A stretch of DNA of 64,000 nucleotides, taken from IMG/VR virus record IMGVR_UViG_3300038805_000284. The stretch is one strand, 5' to 3'. Positions 9,570 to 18,784 of this stretch are shown here, piece by piece (position 1 is the stretch's first letter; each line of letters begins with the position of its first letter). Under the pieces are notes generated by a model. It did no database searches. It worked only from the letters and a program-made list of their open reading frames with translations, and was not told where the DNA came from. Source of the DNA: an uncultured virus (IMG/VR IMGVR_UViG_3300038805_000284) (Duplodnaviria > Heunggongvirae > Uroviricota > Caudoviricetes). A program made the translations under genes and the position numbers.

Positions 9570-12053
9570 TTATTCAATAAAGAACGGATTGTCTACTGAA
9601 TACTCGCCAAAGAAGCGCTTGGCCACGTATTTAAGATTAAACCAGTATTTGAAAATGAATGTTCTCGGATCGGTTTCATCTTGGTACACCTGAATATCAG
9701 ATGCAGGGTTCAATGCACGAATAGCACCATTGGTATCTCGGTAATTGGCAATTGTACCGTTGTTGATCATCCCTTCAATGGCCTTGGAAATCCAAGACTT
9801 GATACTAACAATGTAAATTGTCAGATCATCGGGAACAACTCCTTTTGCATTTGCGTCAAGAAGTTTTTCAACTGCCTTTGTCACTGCATCCTTCTGTGCA
9901 GAGGATGAAGGTTCTGCAAATTCAATAACATTTGCCCCACCTGCTTCTGTGGTTAACGGGTCTTTCATAACCCCTCTACCACCTTCTAAGGTAATCACAT
10001 TCACGCCCTTAGAAGCCAGTGCATAACGCTCGCCTTGCAGGAAGGTTCCGAAAGAACTATCCGTATTGAAACCTCGAACAGCCTTACCAAGAAGCGGTTC
10101 GGAAGGGTTCATCAATGCACAGAAAATTGAAGCAACGGACACGGCCAAGTAACTTCCATCAAGATCAACAACCATTTCAGTTGAATCGTTTAACGTAACA
10201 GTTCTTGATACATTTGCAGGTGCGCACAAAATGTTTCTGCCCCTACCAGGGGAAGTATTACCAGGTTGTAACGTCATAGTGGAACGGTATACGTAGGTAT
10301 CCGGGGTGTCAGGATCACCGATTTCAGTACCTCGGGCCATCCCGTACCAACCTCTACGATATTGTTTCTCTAGCATAGAAGACTGTTCAGAAACATGATC
10401 CATCAAACCAACAGCAGTGGCTTCCCGGGTATCCAATACAACGATGTCCGTAATGTCTGCTTTAAACTTGCAGCGTTCAATTGCTGCATTTACTTGAGAT
10501 ACTGTAGGAAAACCTTCATCTGTAGCATCGTCTACCAAGCTCAGATACATTTTCCCCACACCATTGGCAAACGCAATTTCACCAGCAATCGCCAAAGCAT
10601 TTCTTCTATAATTTGAAGAAGTTAGTGGCGAAGTGAAGTTGTAAAGATCATCTGCCGTGTAAATCAGTGCAGGATTCGCATAATCAGAAGAATGACGCTT
10701 AAAATCATAAGATACGTAGTAAGCATTCCCGAAATCAGGCGTCTTACCAGAACCTTTGATTTCAAATGGAAGTTGGGATTCCTGGATACCAAAAATATCG
10801 GTAATACCGGTTGTGGTTCCTTTGTAAAATTCAATAGCAGATACAGAACCTTTGGCCTTGGGAAAGTTTTCGAAAATATCCGGGGCCGTAAGAACAACCT
10901 TGGAACCGTCAACAGAAGCAACATGGGAATAAGCAGGTCCGTAATTAGGACTGCCATTCAACGCCTTGTTAATGTCTTCTGCAACCTCGGCAGCCGTAGG
11001 ATCTGGCGAACCTGTAGTAAGGGTCACTACAATAGGATTCAGTCCATTTACGCTCAATCTCAAGGTGTCACCAGTACCTGTGAAAGGTCCGTCAATACTC
11101 TTAATAGTTGCTTGATTGATTCCTGTAGCATCCCAATCAATAGTATTACCGCTAACCTCAAAATCTGAATCAGAAACATAAGAAACACCACCGGGAGCCT
11201 TACCTACGCTCAAAACCTGCGTTAAGGGTGTCTCAGCAGTAGCGTATGCCAAAGGATCAAGGTTGTTGTTAATTGAAACGTAATCCAGTGTAAATTCAGA
11301 ATTGCCGGAATAAACGTCACCTGATAATTGCACTACGGTTTCTGCCTGCACACCCTCACCTACCAACACTACCCAAGCATTATTTGAAATTGTACCGGCC
11401 GCATCCTTTGCATCATCCATTGAAAGAATTACTCGAACAGAAGAGTTCGGTCCGGCAACTTTTGAGTTAATGCGTACAAACTTACCAGAACCGTCCACAA
11501 CGGCCTCAAAGGCTTCTGCATAGGCAACACCGTATTCTGAAAAGAAATCGCCAGCAGGGTCTCCCAGGGCGAAATTAAGGGCATCGCAGATTTCATCTAC
11601 GGAAGCAGCGTTCGGAGTACCTGAAACAGCAGTAACGGCAACATCAAGATCAACCGTAACAAACTTTTTGTTATCGATTGAAACCGTAAAATAGGGATTA
11701 CCGGTTGCAACGCTCACATCCACAGTACCTGTAACGGGGTTCCCGTTCAACACAGCAGGTAAAAAAGACCAGTCATTTGAACTCAAAGAGAACCCGTCAC
11801 GAAAAAGAACAGCATTTGAACGGTCCCTATTAGATACGTTTAAAAGTGTTGCCGTATACGGCGAAGTACCTGTAAGGTTCAAAACCTCATTGTAGATTTT
11901 TCCCCGGACAATCATTTCACTTGATACCCTGCGAGTTCTAGGGGCAATCCCTACGATACAAAGGGTATTCTCGGAATAAACGGCAGCCGAACTCGGAAGC
12001 ACTTTTTGAGTAATATATACTCCCGGATCTACATAAGATGAAATTCCAGCCAT
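9570..12053 (-). CDS. Tail sheath protein
   Basis: N-terminus 'SYVDPGVYITQ' and a sheath-like C-terminal domain (GSYLAVSVA...KGVNVI...DPLTT...DPRTFIFKYWF). RBS AGGAG precedes the ATG at 12053. Confidence 0.9.
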   Translation of the reverse strand: MAGISSYVDPGVYITQKVLPSSAAVYSENTLCIVGIAPRTRRVSSEMIVRGKIYNEVLNLTGTSPYTATLLNVSNRDRSNAVLFRDGFSLSSNDWSFLPAVLNGNPVTGTVDVSVATGNPYFTVSIDNKKFVTVDLDVAVTAVSGTPNAASVDEICDALNFALGDPAGDFFSEYGVAYAEAFEAVVDGSGKFVRINSKVAGPNSSVRVILSMDDAKDAAGTISNNAWVVLVGEGVQAETVVQLSGDVYSGNSEFTLDYVSINNNLDPLAYATAETPLTQVLSVGKAPGGVSYVSDSDFEVSGNTIDWDATGINQATIKSIDGPFTGTGDTLRLSVNGLNPIVVTLTTGSPDPTAAEVAEDINKALNGSPNYGPAYSHVASVDGSKVVLTAPDIFENFPKAKGSVSAIEFYKGTTTGITDIFGIQESQLPFEIKGSGKTPDFGNAYYVSYDFKRHSSDYANPALIYTADDLYNFTSPLTSSNYRRNALAIAGEIAFANGVGKMYLSLVDDATDEGFPTVSQVNAAIERCKFKADITDIVVLDTREATAVGLMDHVSEQSSMLEKQYRRGWYGMARGTEIGDPDTPDTYVYRSTMTLQPGNTSPGRGRNILCAPANVSRTVTLNDSTEMVVDLDGSYLAVSVASIFCALMNPSEPLLGKAVRGFNTDSSFGTFLQGERYALASKGVNVITLEGGRGVMKDPLTTEAGGANVIEFAEPSSSAQKDAVTKAVEKLLDANAKGVVPDDLTIYIVSIKSWISKAIEGMINNGTIANYRDTNGAIRALNPASDIQVYQDETDPRTFIFKYWFNLKYVAKRFFGEYSVDNPFFIE

Positions 12054-12132
12054 AATCAATCTCCTGTGAATAAGTAAAAAAACGATTTCACTTAAGTCAT
12101 TGTACTATAGTTTATTAAAAAAGTTTAAACCT

Positions 12133-13287
12133 CTACGTTTTTATTCGATAAGTATTCGGTTCACCGTAATCGCCAGTAACTGGTGAATCGCTTCCAAAAT
12201 TAACATCCCCCATCCATACAGGTTCAGACTTTAGATTCTTATCGATAAAATCCTCTATGTAAATTGGGAAACTACCCCGAACAGCATAAATGTACTCAAA
12301 CTGTTCCCCACCCTGCCTTGGAGTAACTGTCTCGCTAGACCATGAAAAGTTGTGCATATAAGCAATGCGATACAATTCAGGGGGATCCCTGTCAGGGTCG
12401 AAATAGCTTCTGCCAAAATACTGAAAGTAATGATCTTGTATGTAATAAGAAAAATAAGCAGCCACAATATCAGACAATGCCACCCTAGTATTAGGATCGT
12501 CTGCAATGACGTCTATGTTAATTGTCATATCGGCAGCCGTTATGTACCGTTGCTTTACGGGAAGATCCCTAGTAGAAATCGTATCGCCCGGTTCAAACCC
12601 AAAAAAATCTAACAAAGGCCCTTCCAAAATAGTAATGGCATTATCACTGTTTTTGGCGAGAACTCCACCTGCCGACAAAATAAAACGATCATCGCTGTTG
12701 TAACTTGCATTATAGTACAATGCCTGTGTCTTATTGATGACCCTGGCAATGTCCATAGAACTTAAATTTGTTAGATTCTCTTGATTGAAAAGTCTTTTGT
12801 CCAATACAATAGTAGACTTTCTCTTTAACCCTAAACCTTCCGGGGCCGTTTCGATTGTCATGAAGGCATCATCTGGAAGTCCCGTTAAATCCCATGGCCC
12901 TTTATTCTTTGAAACGATACTTGCAGAAGATTGAATGTTTCCTGAAAAATTGCCACCAATCCCCATCCTACGTTCTTTATAAGTTGAAGACGTAACAGCA
13001 ATCATAGGATAACGTGATAACGTGTCCCCGTAAGATATAATTGTCCTAACAACCGTTTCAAGACCTACATCGTTTGATGAAGACCCTATCGAAAACTTTT
13101 GAATGTTAGGAATTTCTTTTATTTTTGTTAACCCATCTGCAGTTGTGTAATCAAAAAACCTACGCAATTCTATGATGAAAACGTCCTTAGCCGTCTCATT
13201 CAATTGAGAAAACCTGAAAACGTCCTTAGCATCCAAAGGGTCAACAGAACGGTAATTATTAAAAGGTCTCTGTGTTAAATCTACCAT
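12133..13287 (-). CDS. Putative tail terminator / completion protein
   Basis: Lies just before the sheath gene. 'YPMIAVT' and 'INIDVIADD...R..LSDIV' are tail-completion-like motifs flanking an inserted domain. Confidence 0.55.
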   Translation of the reverse strand: MVDLTQRPFNNYRSVDPLDAKDVFRFSQLNETAKDVFIIELRRFFDYTTADGLTKIKEIPNIQKFSIGSSSNDVGLETVVRTIISYGDTLSRYPMIAVTSSTYKERRMGIGGNFSGNIQSSASIVSKNKGPWDLTGLPDDAFMTIETAPEGLGLKRKSTIVLDKRLFNQENLTNLSSMDIARVINKTQALYYNASYNSDDRFILSAGGVLAKNSDNAITILEGPLLDFFGFEPGDTISTRDLPVKQRYITAADMTINIDVIADDPNTRVALSDIVAAYFSYYIQDHYFQYFGRSYFDPDRDPPELYRIAYMHNFSWSSETVTPRQGGEQFEYIYAVRGSFPIYIEDFIDKNLKSEPVWMGDVNFGSDSPVTGDYGEPNTYRIKT

Positions 13288-14309
13288 ATCAGCCTGTACG
13301 GGTCCCCTTCATCTACCAAACGCAAATTCATTGTTTGAGTTGAAATAATCTGCCCTGTAGGGTCCGAGTTTGACCACGAAGTAATGTTAAACAATTCATC
13401 TTTATAGGTACCATCTAAAAACTTCAAAGTAATATAAGGCCCTTTCAAAAGTTCGTCTCGTGAACCTGATTCAATACGCTTATCAAATGAAGACAATCCC
13501 AAAGTCCACGAAGTCATGTTATTAACGATGCTTCTGTTCCCCGATTCCGTCTTGATAAAGTCAGCAGTAGGAACGGGTGTCATAACTTTGATAAACGGGC
13601 CTCTATGAGGATCTTCACCCCTAAATTCCCCTAAAGGAATGTCCCCGTACCGAACCCTCAAGATACTGAAATACGGAGATAAAACCTCTAAAATATCCCG
13701 TCTTAGCGTTACTCTGAAACGAATAACCCCATCTGTGGGATCGTTATTTTCTAAATCTTCAATGTTTATCCAAGTTATTCCCGAATCTGTCGAATACTCA
13801 CAAGTAACAGAAGAGTACTTATCAATCCTTACTAGTTCGGAACTGTTGTATTCCCATTTGGAACCGAAAGCAATTTTGTTCACAGGGAAATCAACGGATT
13901 CCAAATACCCTTCCACACTATCTGTCATAAGGGTGCATTTTGAGGATTTGAAATCTTTCGTTAACTCTACGTTAACCAAAGTAACATTTTCGTCAAACGG
14001 CGATAACCAATAATTTTCGTAACCCCATTTCACAAACCCAGGAACAATGGAGAATCCGTGACAGGTGCAACACATTCTGTCAGACATGCTGTAAGTGCTC
14101 TTATGACATCCGCAAGTAGGTCCTGTTTCAGCCATCGTCCATAATTCGGCACGAATGCCGCCTGCTTGGACTTGATCTTCGAGTAAAGCACGGTTCTTAT
14201 TTATAGTATTGTCGCTTGAAATCCTCTTATAGACTTCCCTGCCCCAGTAACCTACGGCAGTACCGCCAAAGCCTTTACAACCGTCTTTTTTTAACCAAGT
14301 ACAACTCAT
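13281..14309 (-). CDS. Putative head-closure / neck protein
   Basis: 342 aa with 'CGC....DRMCCTCHG....GF' Cys motif, as in stopper proteins of large myoviruses. Neck position in the operon. Confidence 0.5.
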   Translation of the reverse strand: MSCTWLKKDGCKGFGGTAVGYWGREVYKRISSDNTINKNRALLEDQVQAGGIRAELWTMAETGPTCGCHKSTYSMSDRMCCTCHGFSIVPGFVKWGYENYWLSPFDENVTLVNVELTKDFKSSKCTLMTDSVEGYLESVDFPVNKIAFGSKWEYNSSELVRIDKYSSVTCEYSTDSGITWINIEDLENNDPTDGVIRFRVTLRRDILEVLSPYFSILRVRYGDIPLGEFRGEDPHRGPFIKVMTPVPTADFIKTESGNRSIVNNMTSWTLGLSSFDKRIESGSRDELLKGPYITLKFLDGTYKDELFNITSWSNSDPTGQIISTQTMNLRLVDEGDPYRLIW

Positions 14310-14473
14310 TATCTACCGTTCAGTAACCAATCAATTGCCGTGAAAATATCCTCTTTTTCTTCTAATTTCTTTGCAAACTCTTCTAATCTTTTTTCGTCCA
14401 ATAAATTAGATAAGGCTTGTAATCCTTTGTCATTTTCTTCATCAAATTTCACTACAATTTCTTCAATAGCCAT
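14309..14473 (-). CDS. Small hypothetical protein
   Basis: MAIEEIVVK... start overlaps the upstream stop (TAATG). Translationally coupled at both ends. Confidence 0.5.
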   Translation of the reverse strand: MAIEEIVVKFDEENDKGLQALSNLLDEKRLEEFAKKLEEKEDIFTAIDWLLNGR

Positions 14474-15384
14474 TACATTCTGTGAGTATTGCTGAAATGG
14501 CCTCGGAACAGTGATCCTGGAGGGGATGCTGCTACCATTTGGTAAAAACCCCACCCGGCTCTGAACTCGGCACAAATTGAACCCAAACCAACATAACGGA
14601 GTTTAAATTCCCGAATACGGGGTGTCACTGTTGACACCATACTTGTATACAATGATTGAATCTGCGTTGCGTGAGTAATCGTAAAAGCATGTCCCTGGTC
14701 CGAAAATGAAGGAACATCCGTATCGACTGCAAACAAATACTGGCTTTCCAGTGCCGAAATGACTGCACAAGAAATTAGCAATTCCCCGGCAACATTTACC
14801 GGAAACTTGCTCATATCCAGCCAGGCCGGGTAAGGTTGTGCAGCGGCAATACGTTCCAAACCGGACTTCAAAAACATCATCAATTGTGCATCTGAATATC
14901 CTAAATTACAGTATTCTTCTGGATTTATCACTTTAATAGACTTATCTAGTTGAAGTCTCAGTCTAGGAAGCAAACTAAGAACAGAAGGATCAACAATTTC
15001 AATAACTTGCGTCCTGTAGTTTTCTTCTGCACCGTCCGTTTCTCGAACAGCCCAATTAAATAAATAAGTTCCTGTCCTGTCCGTTTCTCCGTCCGCACCC
15101 CAATGAACACCATAACGTCCATCCCCCATTTTCTTGATTCTACGCTCGGAAGGATCGGTTTCAAGATAAGATTCCGAAAACATCGGAACATTGGAAAAAT
15201 CACTAACAAATAATTCCAACATTCCTTTCGGTTCTTCTGTCACGTCATCAAAAGTCTCATCTACATCTGTAGGTTTACCGTCTTTATCTAAAGTATATAC
15301 GTCAATCCACCTCTTAGATCCTGTCCTTACCAGTTTGATACTGTCCAAAATAGAAGGTGAATTGTGTCCCGGTTGAATAAGCAT
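14473..15384 (-). CDS. Putative head-tail adaptor with N-terminal Ig-like domain
   Basis: The C-terminal half 'LRLQLDK...YSDAQL..FL....I...PY......P...LL...V..AL....F..D...FSDQG' is an adaptor-like pattern. Synteny supports it. Confidence 0.55.
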   Translation of the reverse strand: MLIQPGHNSPSILDSIKLVRTGSKRWIDVYTLDKDGKPTDVDETFDDVTEEPKGMLELFVSDFSNVPMFSESYLETDPSERRIKKMGDGRYGVHWGADGETDRTGTYLFNWAVRETDGAEENYRTQVIEIVDPSVLSLLPRLRLQLDKSIKVINPEEYCNLGYSDAQLMMFLKSGLERIAAAQPYPAWLDMSKFPVNVAGELLISCAVISALESQYLFAVDTDVPSFSDQGHAFTITHATQIQSLYTSMVSTVTPRIREFKLRYVGLGSICAEFRAGWGFYQMVAASPPGSLFRGHFSNTHRM

Positions 15385-15393
15385 TATAACCTC

Positions 15394-15828
15394 TTAGCGA
15401 TTAACTCCAATTGCAATACCTACAGTCAAAACGCCACCTAAGATGAAACCTGAAAGCATAAGAAAAGCAGGTGATTTATACCATTTATCTTTCTTTTCTA
15501 AACTCTTTTCATACTTTTTAAAATCTGCTTCACGTGTCTTTTCGCACTTGATAAATTGATTTTCCCAGTTTTCTGAAATACTTTTAAAAGTATCTACTTT
15601 CAATTTGTAATTTTCAATGTTAAGTTCCAATAATTCAATCTTAACCTCCAACGAAGGGATCGTTTTATTCCTTAAAATGTTCAATTCCGTAACATCTTTA
15701 AGCAATAATGTAGCAGAACCCTCATCAAACCAAATACCTGGTTCCCCGTTATGTTCCAAAACCACCTTATCAGCGTACACAGGAACGCTAATCAAAGAAA
15801 GGATCAAAATCGTAGATAAAAACCTCAT
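15394..15828 (-). CDS. Exported coiled-coil protein with C-terminal hydrophobic anchor (spanin-like)
   Basis: Signal peptide (..VPVYA|D), coiled coil, then KWYK followed by a TM segment. Confidence 0.45.
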   Translation of the reverse strand: MRFLSTILILSLISVPVYADKVVLEHNGEPGIWFDEGSATLLLKDVTELNILRNKTIPSLEVKIELLELNIENYKLKVDTFKSISENWENQFIKCEKTREADFKKYEKSLEKKDKWYKSPAFLMLSGFILGGVLTVGIAIGVNR

Positions 15829-16193
15829 TAGTACCCCAAATCATTAAACTTTTTCAGTTTATCGTTAATACTCATGTTATCAATTTCTTTCTTTCTCTCT
15901 TTAATTTCTTTATCCGCCTCTTTAATCTTACTATCCTCTTCTTTTATCTTGCTATTTATGTTTTCAATGTTAACATCTGTCTCGTTATTCTTTTTGTGCA
16001 ATTCGTTAATCTCATTATAATCTTCAACGCTCAAAGGCGTCTTTATGGCCTTACTGTTCCTGGACACAAAAGAGTAAATAAGCACAAACAAAGAAGCAGT
16101 GACGGCCAATACGGCCTTCCAATTCCCGTAAAGCCACGCAAAGAAATTCTTAACGCTATTCAGAATCTTTTTTAGCAAGTTCCCTCTCTTCAT
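15828..16193 (-). CDS. i-spanin-like membrane-anchored coiled-coil protein
   Basis: N-terminal TM helix followed by a Lys/Glu coiled coil. Adjacent to the holin. Confidence 0.5.
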   Translation of the reverse strand: MKRGNLLKKILNSVKNFFAWLYGNWKAVLAVTASLFVLIYSFVSRNSKAIKTPLSVEDYNEINELHKKNNETDVNIENINSKIKEEDSKIKEADKEIKERKKEIDNMSINDKLKKFNDLGY

Positions 16194-16491
16194 CTTCTTT
16201 TATTTTCTCTAAAATCTCAGATTTTTTAGCCAAAGACACGGTAATGATCTGATAAATGAAAATGTTTAAGCACCCCAAAGCACCCCCAACAAGGATCTTG
16301 TCTTGCCAAGTATCTTCGGGAAGCAATAATCCGCCCAAAACACCTAAAACAACAGGGATAAAGTGGACAAACCGAATGCCAACTGGATTCTTGAAAAACG
16401 GAATCTGCTTAATCCCGTTCACAAGGTAGTAGATAATGACAGGAAGCCCAATATAAGGGCCGTAATTCTGAAAAATTTGGGAAATATCCAA
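16156..16491 (-). CDS. Putative holin
   Basis: 111 aa, three hydrophobic segments, charged C-terminus. Confidence 0.6.
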   Translation of the reverse strand: MDISQIFQNYGPYIGLPVIIYYLVNGIKQIPFFKNPVGIRFVHFIPVVLGVLGGLLLPEDTWQDKILVGGALGCLNIFIYQIITVSLAKKSEILEKIKEDEERELAKKDSE

Positions 16492-16510
16492 AATTTACCT
16501 CCGGTATAAA

Positions 16511-16537
16511 AGCGCCCTTATACATTATAAGGTGCGT
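16511..16537 (-). terminator. Putative intrinsic terminator
   Basis: Hairpin ACGCACCTTATA-ATG-TATAAGGGCGC followed by TTTT on the minus strand. Confidence 0.45.
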
Positions 16538-16571
16538 CTAGTATACCACAAGTAAATGTTGGAACTTAAAG

Positions 16572-17411
16572 TTATTCCTCAGAAGCAGAATCGTCTTCTG
16601 AACGGAAAGATTCTTCAAGTTTCTTTTGAGCAAATTGCTTAACCGTTTTATAAACGCCTTTTGTGGAAATAAATTCCCAGTCATTCTCATTAAGTTCGTG
16701 CCCAATAATTTCCAACTCTTCAATGAAATCCCTGGCAGAAATGCGATCATCCCCTTGATCCTTGTCTGCCCTAGCACAAAGACCGACAACCTTTGCATCC
16801 GGTTCGTCGGGGGAAAGAAGTGCATCCTCTTTCTCTTTAATCTTTGCTTCCATTTCTTCTTCAAGTTCAGGCAAAGAGGGCTTACGGCGTTGCATCAAGG
16901 CATCTTGAAGATCCTGTGCTTTACGCATTTCAGCTTCAGCAGTTGTCCCGTAATCACTAGAAAGTTTTTCATAGTATTCGATAAACTCATCTTCTGTGAG
17001 AAGCCTAAGAATAGGCGGATTCCGGTTGATCATGTTTCGGAAATCCGGACTCTTAGACAGAACATCGAAAGGCACATACTGCGTCAAGTTCAAAGGTTTT
17101 CGCGTCTTAGGGATAGTCACTGGAATGACACCAAATTGCGAATTGAACGAAAACACAATGTTTGTAGTGCCTAAGTTCTGAACGTAAACGTCCTTTTCTT
17201 CTTGAAAATACTTTGTCCACGATGTTTGAAATGATCCCAATTTACTCTTCATAACGACTCCTGTTTCTCCCTTCATCTTTACGACAAAGGGGTTAGAACT
17301 GAAAACACGGGCATTGCCGGTTTTCAAAAGTTTTCTAGCTTTAGCTGGGTTTGTATATGACATGAAACGATCATCTTGATCTAGTACCATTACGTTTTCG
17401 TTCTTAGCCAT
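16572..17411 (-). CDS. Protein with N-terminal RRXRR/PLMP-like domain
   Basis: 'VMVLDQDDRFMSYTNPAKARKLLKTGNARVFSSNPFVVKM' resembles the RRXRR/PLMP N-terminal domain. No RuvC or HNH motifs follow. Confidence 0.65.
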   Translation of the reverse strand: MAKNENVMVLDQDDRFMSYTNPAKARKLLKTGNARVFSSNPFVVKMKGETGVVMKSKLGSFQTSWTKYFQEEKDVYVQNLGTTNIVFSFNSQFGVIPVTIPKTRKPLNLTQYVPFDVLSKSPDFRNMINRNPPILRLLTEDEFIEYYEKLSSDYGTTAEAEMRKAQDLQDALMQRRKPSLPELEEEMEAKIKEKEDALLSPDEPDAKVVGLCARADKDQGDDRISARDFIEELEIIGHELNENDWEFISTKGVYKTVKQFAQKKLEESFRSEDDSASEE

Positions 17412-17421
17412 ACAAGCGCCT

Positions 17422-17453
17422 AGCTTACCTCTATTGACGGGAAGTGTCAATAG
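17422..17453 (-). promoter_or_regulatory. Sigma70-like promoter overlapped by an inverted repeat
   Basis: TTGACA(17450-17445)-17 bp-TAAGCT(17427-17422). The inverted repeat CTATTGAC/GTCAATAG (17431-17453) covers the -35 box. Confidence 0.55.
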
Positions 17454-17463
17454 GTTAAAAGTC

Positions 17464-17506
17464 GATTAACTGCCCCCAGGGAAAGGGAACCTGGAGGCAG
17501 TTAATC
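17464..17506 (-). terminator. Terminator hairpin after major capsid gene
   Basis: 17-bp near-perfect stem GATTAACTGCC(T/C)CCAGG with a T-run shortly downstream. Confidence 0.7.
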
Positions 17507-17526
17507 TTAAGAACAAGAGGTAAGAA

Positions 17527-18765
17527 CTATTTCATTCCCTTTGCTACTGCTTTAGCGTTAGGAATTGCGAAGCCGATCATCTCTACGAAAGACCAACCCT
17601 TAACAGTCTCGCCTACGGCGTACTTGTTGTAAGGTTCGCTGAAAAGTTCAATACGCTCGCCCATCTCGCCAAGATAGTCAGGACCGGTACAAGCATAAAT
17701 GGTTCCAGCGGGGACAACTTCTTCAACACCAGTACCTGCGGTTGTCAGGATTTGGGAGTTCAAGATGTTACCGATATAGCCTGCGAGAATCAATTCACGT
17801 TCGGTTACAGGGTCAACAGCAGTTGACATATTCACTACGATGTCAGTAACCTCGGCTCTGCTAATGATGAAGTTTTCAACAAGCAATCTGTGACGTTCAA
17901 CTTGATAACGAACAGCCTCAAAACCGCCAAGGGTAAGATTACCTGCGATAGTGGTAACGTCGTTAACAGCCTGCGCAGCGGTGTCTAACAGATTGATACC
18001 GGCCTTATCCTCTTGGAGTTCGATTTCCTGTCTAGCAGTGTCCTGTGCACGTTCCAGGATGTCAAAGTTAGCCTGGTAAATGTCCTGGATGTCGATTGAC
18101 GGGAAAGAAGTCACTTTGAACTCCTCAGGGGTAATCCACTTGGTCTTAATGCGCGCTTCGGGAGTCATACCGTCTTGACCGATCACGTAAGCAACGGAAC
18201 GAATATCCTTCGGCAAACGAAACAGTTCAGCTTGTCCAAGTTTGCGAACACGGTAAATCTTGCGTGAAAAACCTTCATAGTCAAGAATGGCCTTAATGGG
18301 AAGTGCCAGTTCCTGTCCAATGCGGTGGAAGCCGTGGCCAGAAGGATCTTTGAGGGCGGCAGCCAGGATTCTACGGCGTTCGTCGGCAGAATAGCCAGTC
18401 GCAGCAGTCATAGAAATGTTAGCAGCTTCACGACGATTGATGTTATTCAGCAGGTGGTTCGTCTGCGTAAGAGCATCTCTACGATCATAGGCATTCACTT
18501 GACCACGGGAATCGAACATTCTGCGGTTAGTGGTAGCACGAACGCTTCTGCGTCTGCTATCACCGCGTTCGAAACGCTGTGGGTTAAAAGTGCCAGATTC
18601 ATCATAAAGACTTTCTTGGCGTCTGTTTGCCAACCTTGACAATTCTCGCACTTTCATTCTGCGCGGTTCTTGTCGACTTGCAGTGCGGCGAGGTTCAATT
18701 CGGCTTGCAGTCCGTCTTGAACTTCTGCCACGACTAGCAGATGATCTTCTAAAAGGATTCGTCAT
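17527..18765 (-). CDS. Major capsid protein (HK97 fold) with Arg-rich N-terminal extension
   Basis: Core 'G..RIGQELALPIKAILDYEGFSRK...RAQDTARQEIELQED...GWSFVEMIGFAIPN..AVAK'. Strong RBS, following terminator and position after scaffold and decoration genes all fit. Confidence 0.9.
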   Translation of the reverse strand: MTNPFRRSSASRGRSSRRTASRIEPRRTASRQEPRRMKVRELSRLANRRQESLYDESGTFNPQRFERGDSRRRSVRATTNRRMFDSRGQVNAYDRRDALTQTNHLLNNINRREAANISMTAATGYSADERRRILAAALKDPSGHGFHRIGQELALPIKAILDYEGFSRKIYRVRKLGQAELFRLPKDIRSVAYVIGQDGMTPEARIKTKWITPEEFKVTSFPSIDIQDIYQANFDILERAQDTARQEIELQEDKAGINLLDTAAQAVNDVTTIAGNLTLGGFEAVRYQVERHRLLVENFIISRAEVTDIVVNMSTAVDPVTERELILAGYIGNILNSQILTTAGTGVEEVVPAGTIYACTGPDYLGEMGERIELFSEPYNKYAVGETVKGWSFVEMIGFAIPNAKAVAKGMK

Positions 18766-18784
18766 TTTTAAGCCTCCTTAAGGG

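Noticed and set aside
16572..17520. Intact IscB/OMEGA system
   Set aside because: Only the PLMP-like N-terminus is present. There are no RuvC or HNH motifs, and the ~115-bp upstream gap is filled by a terminator and promoter, leaving no room for an omegaRNA.
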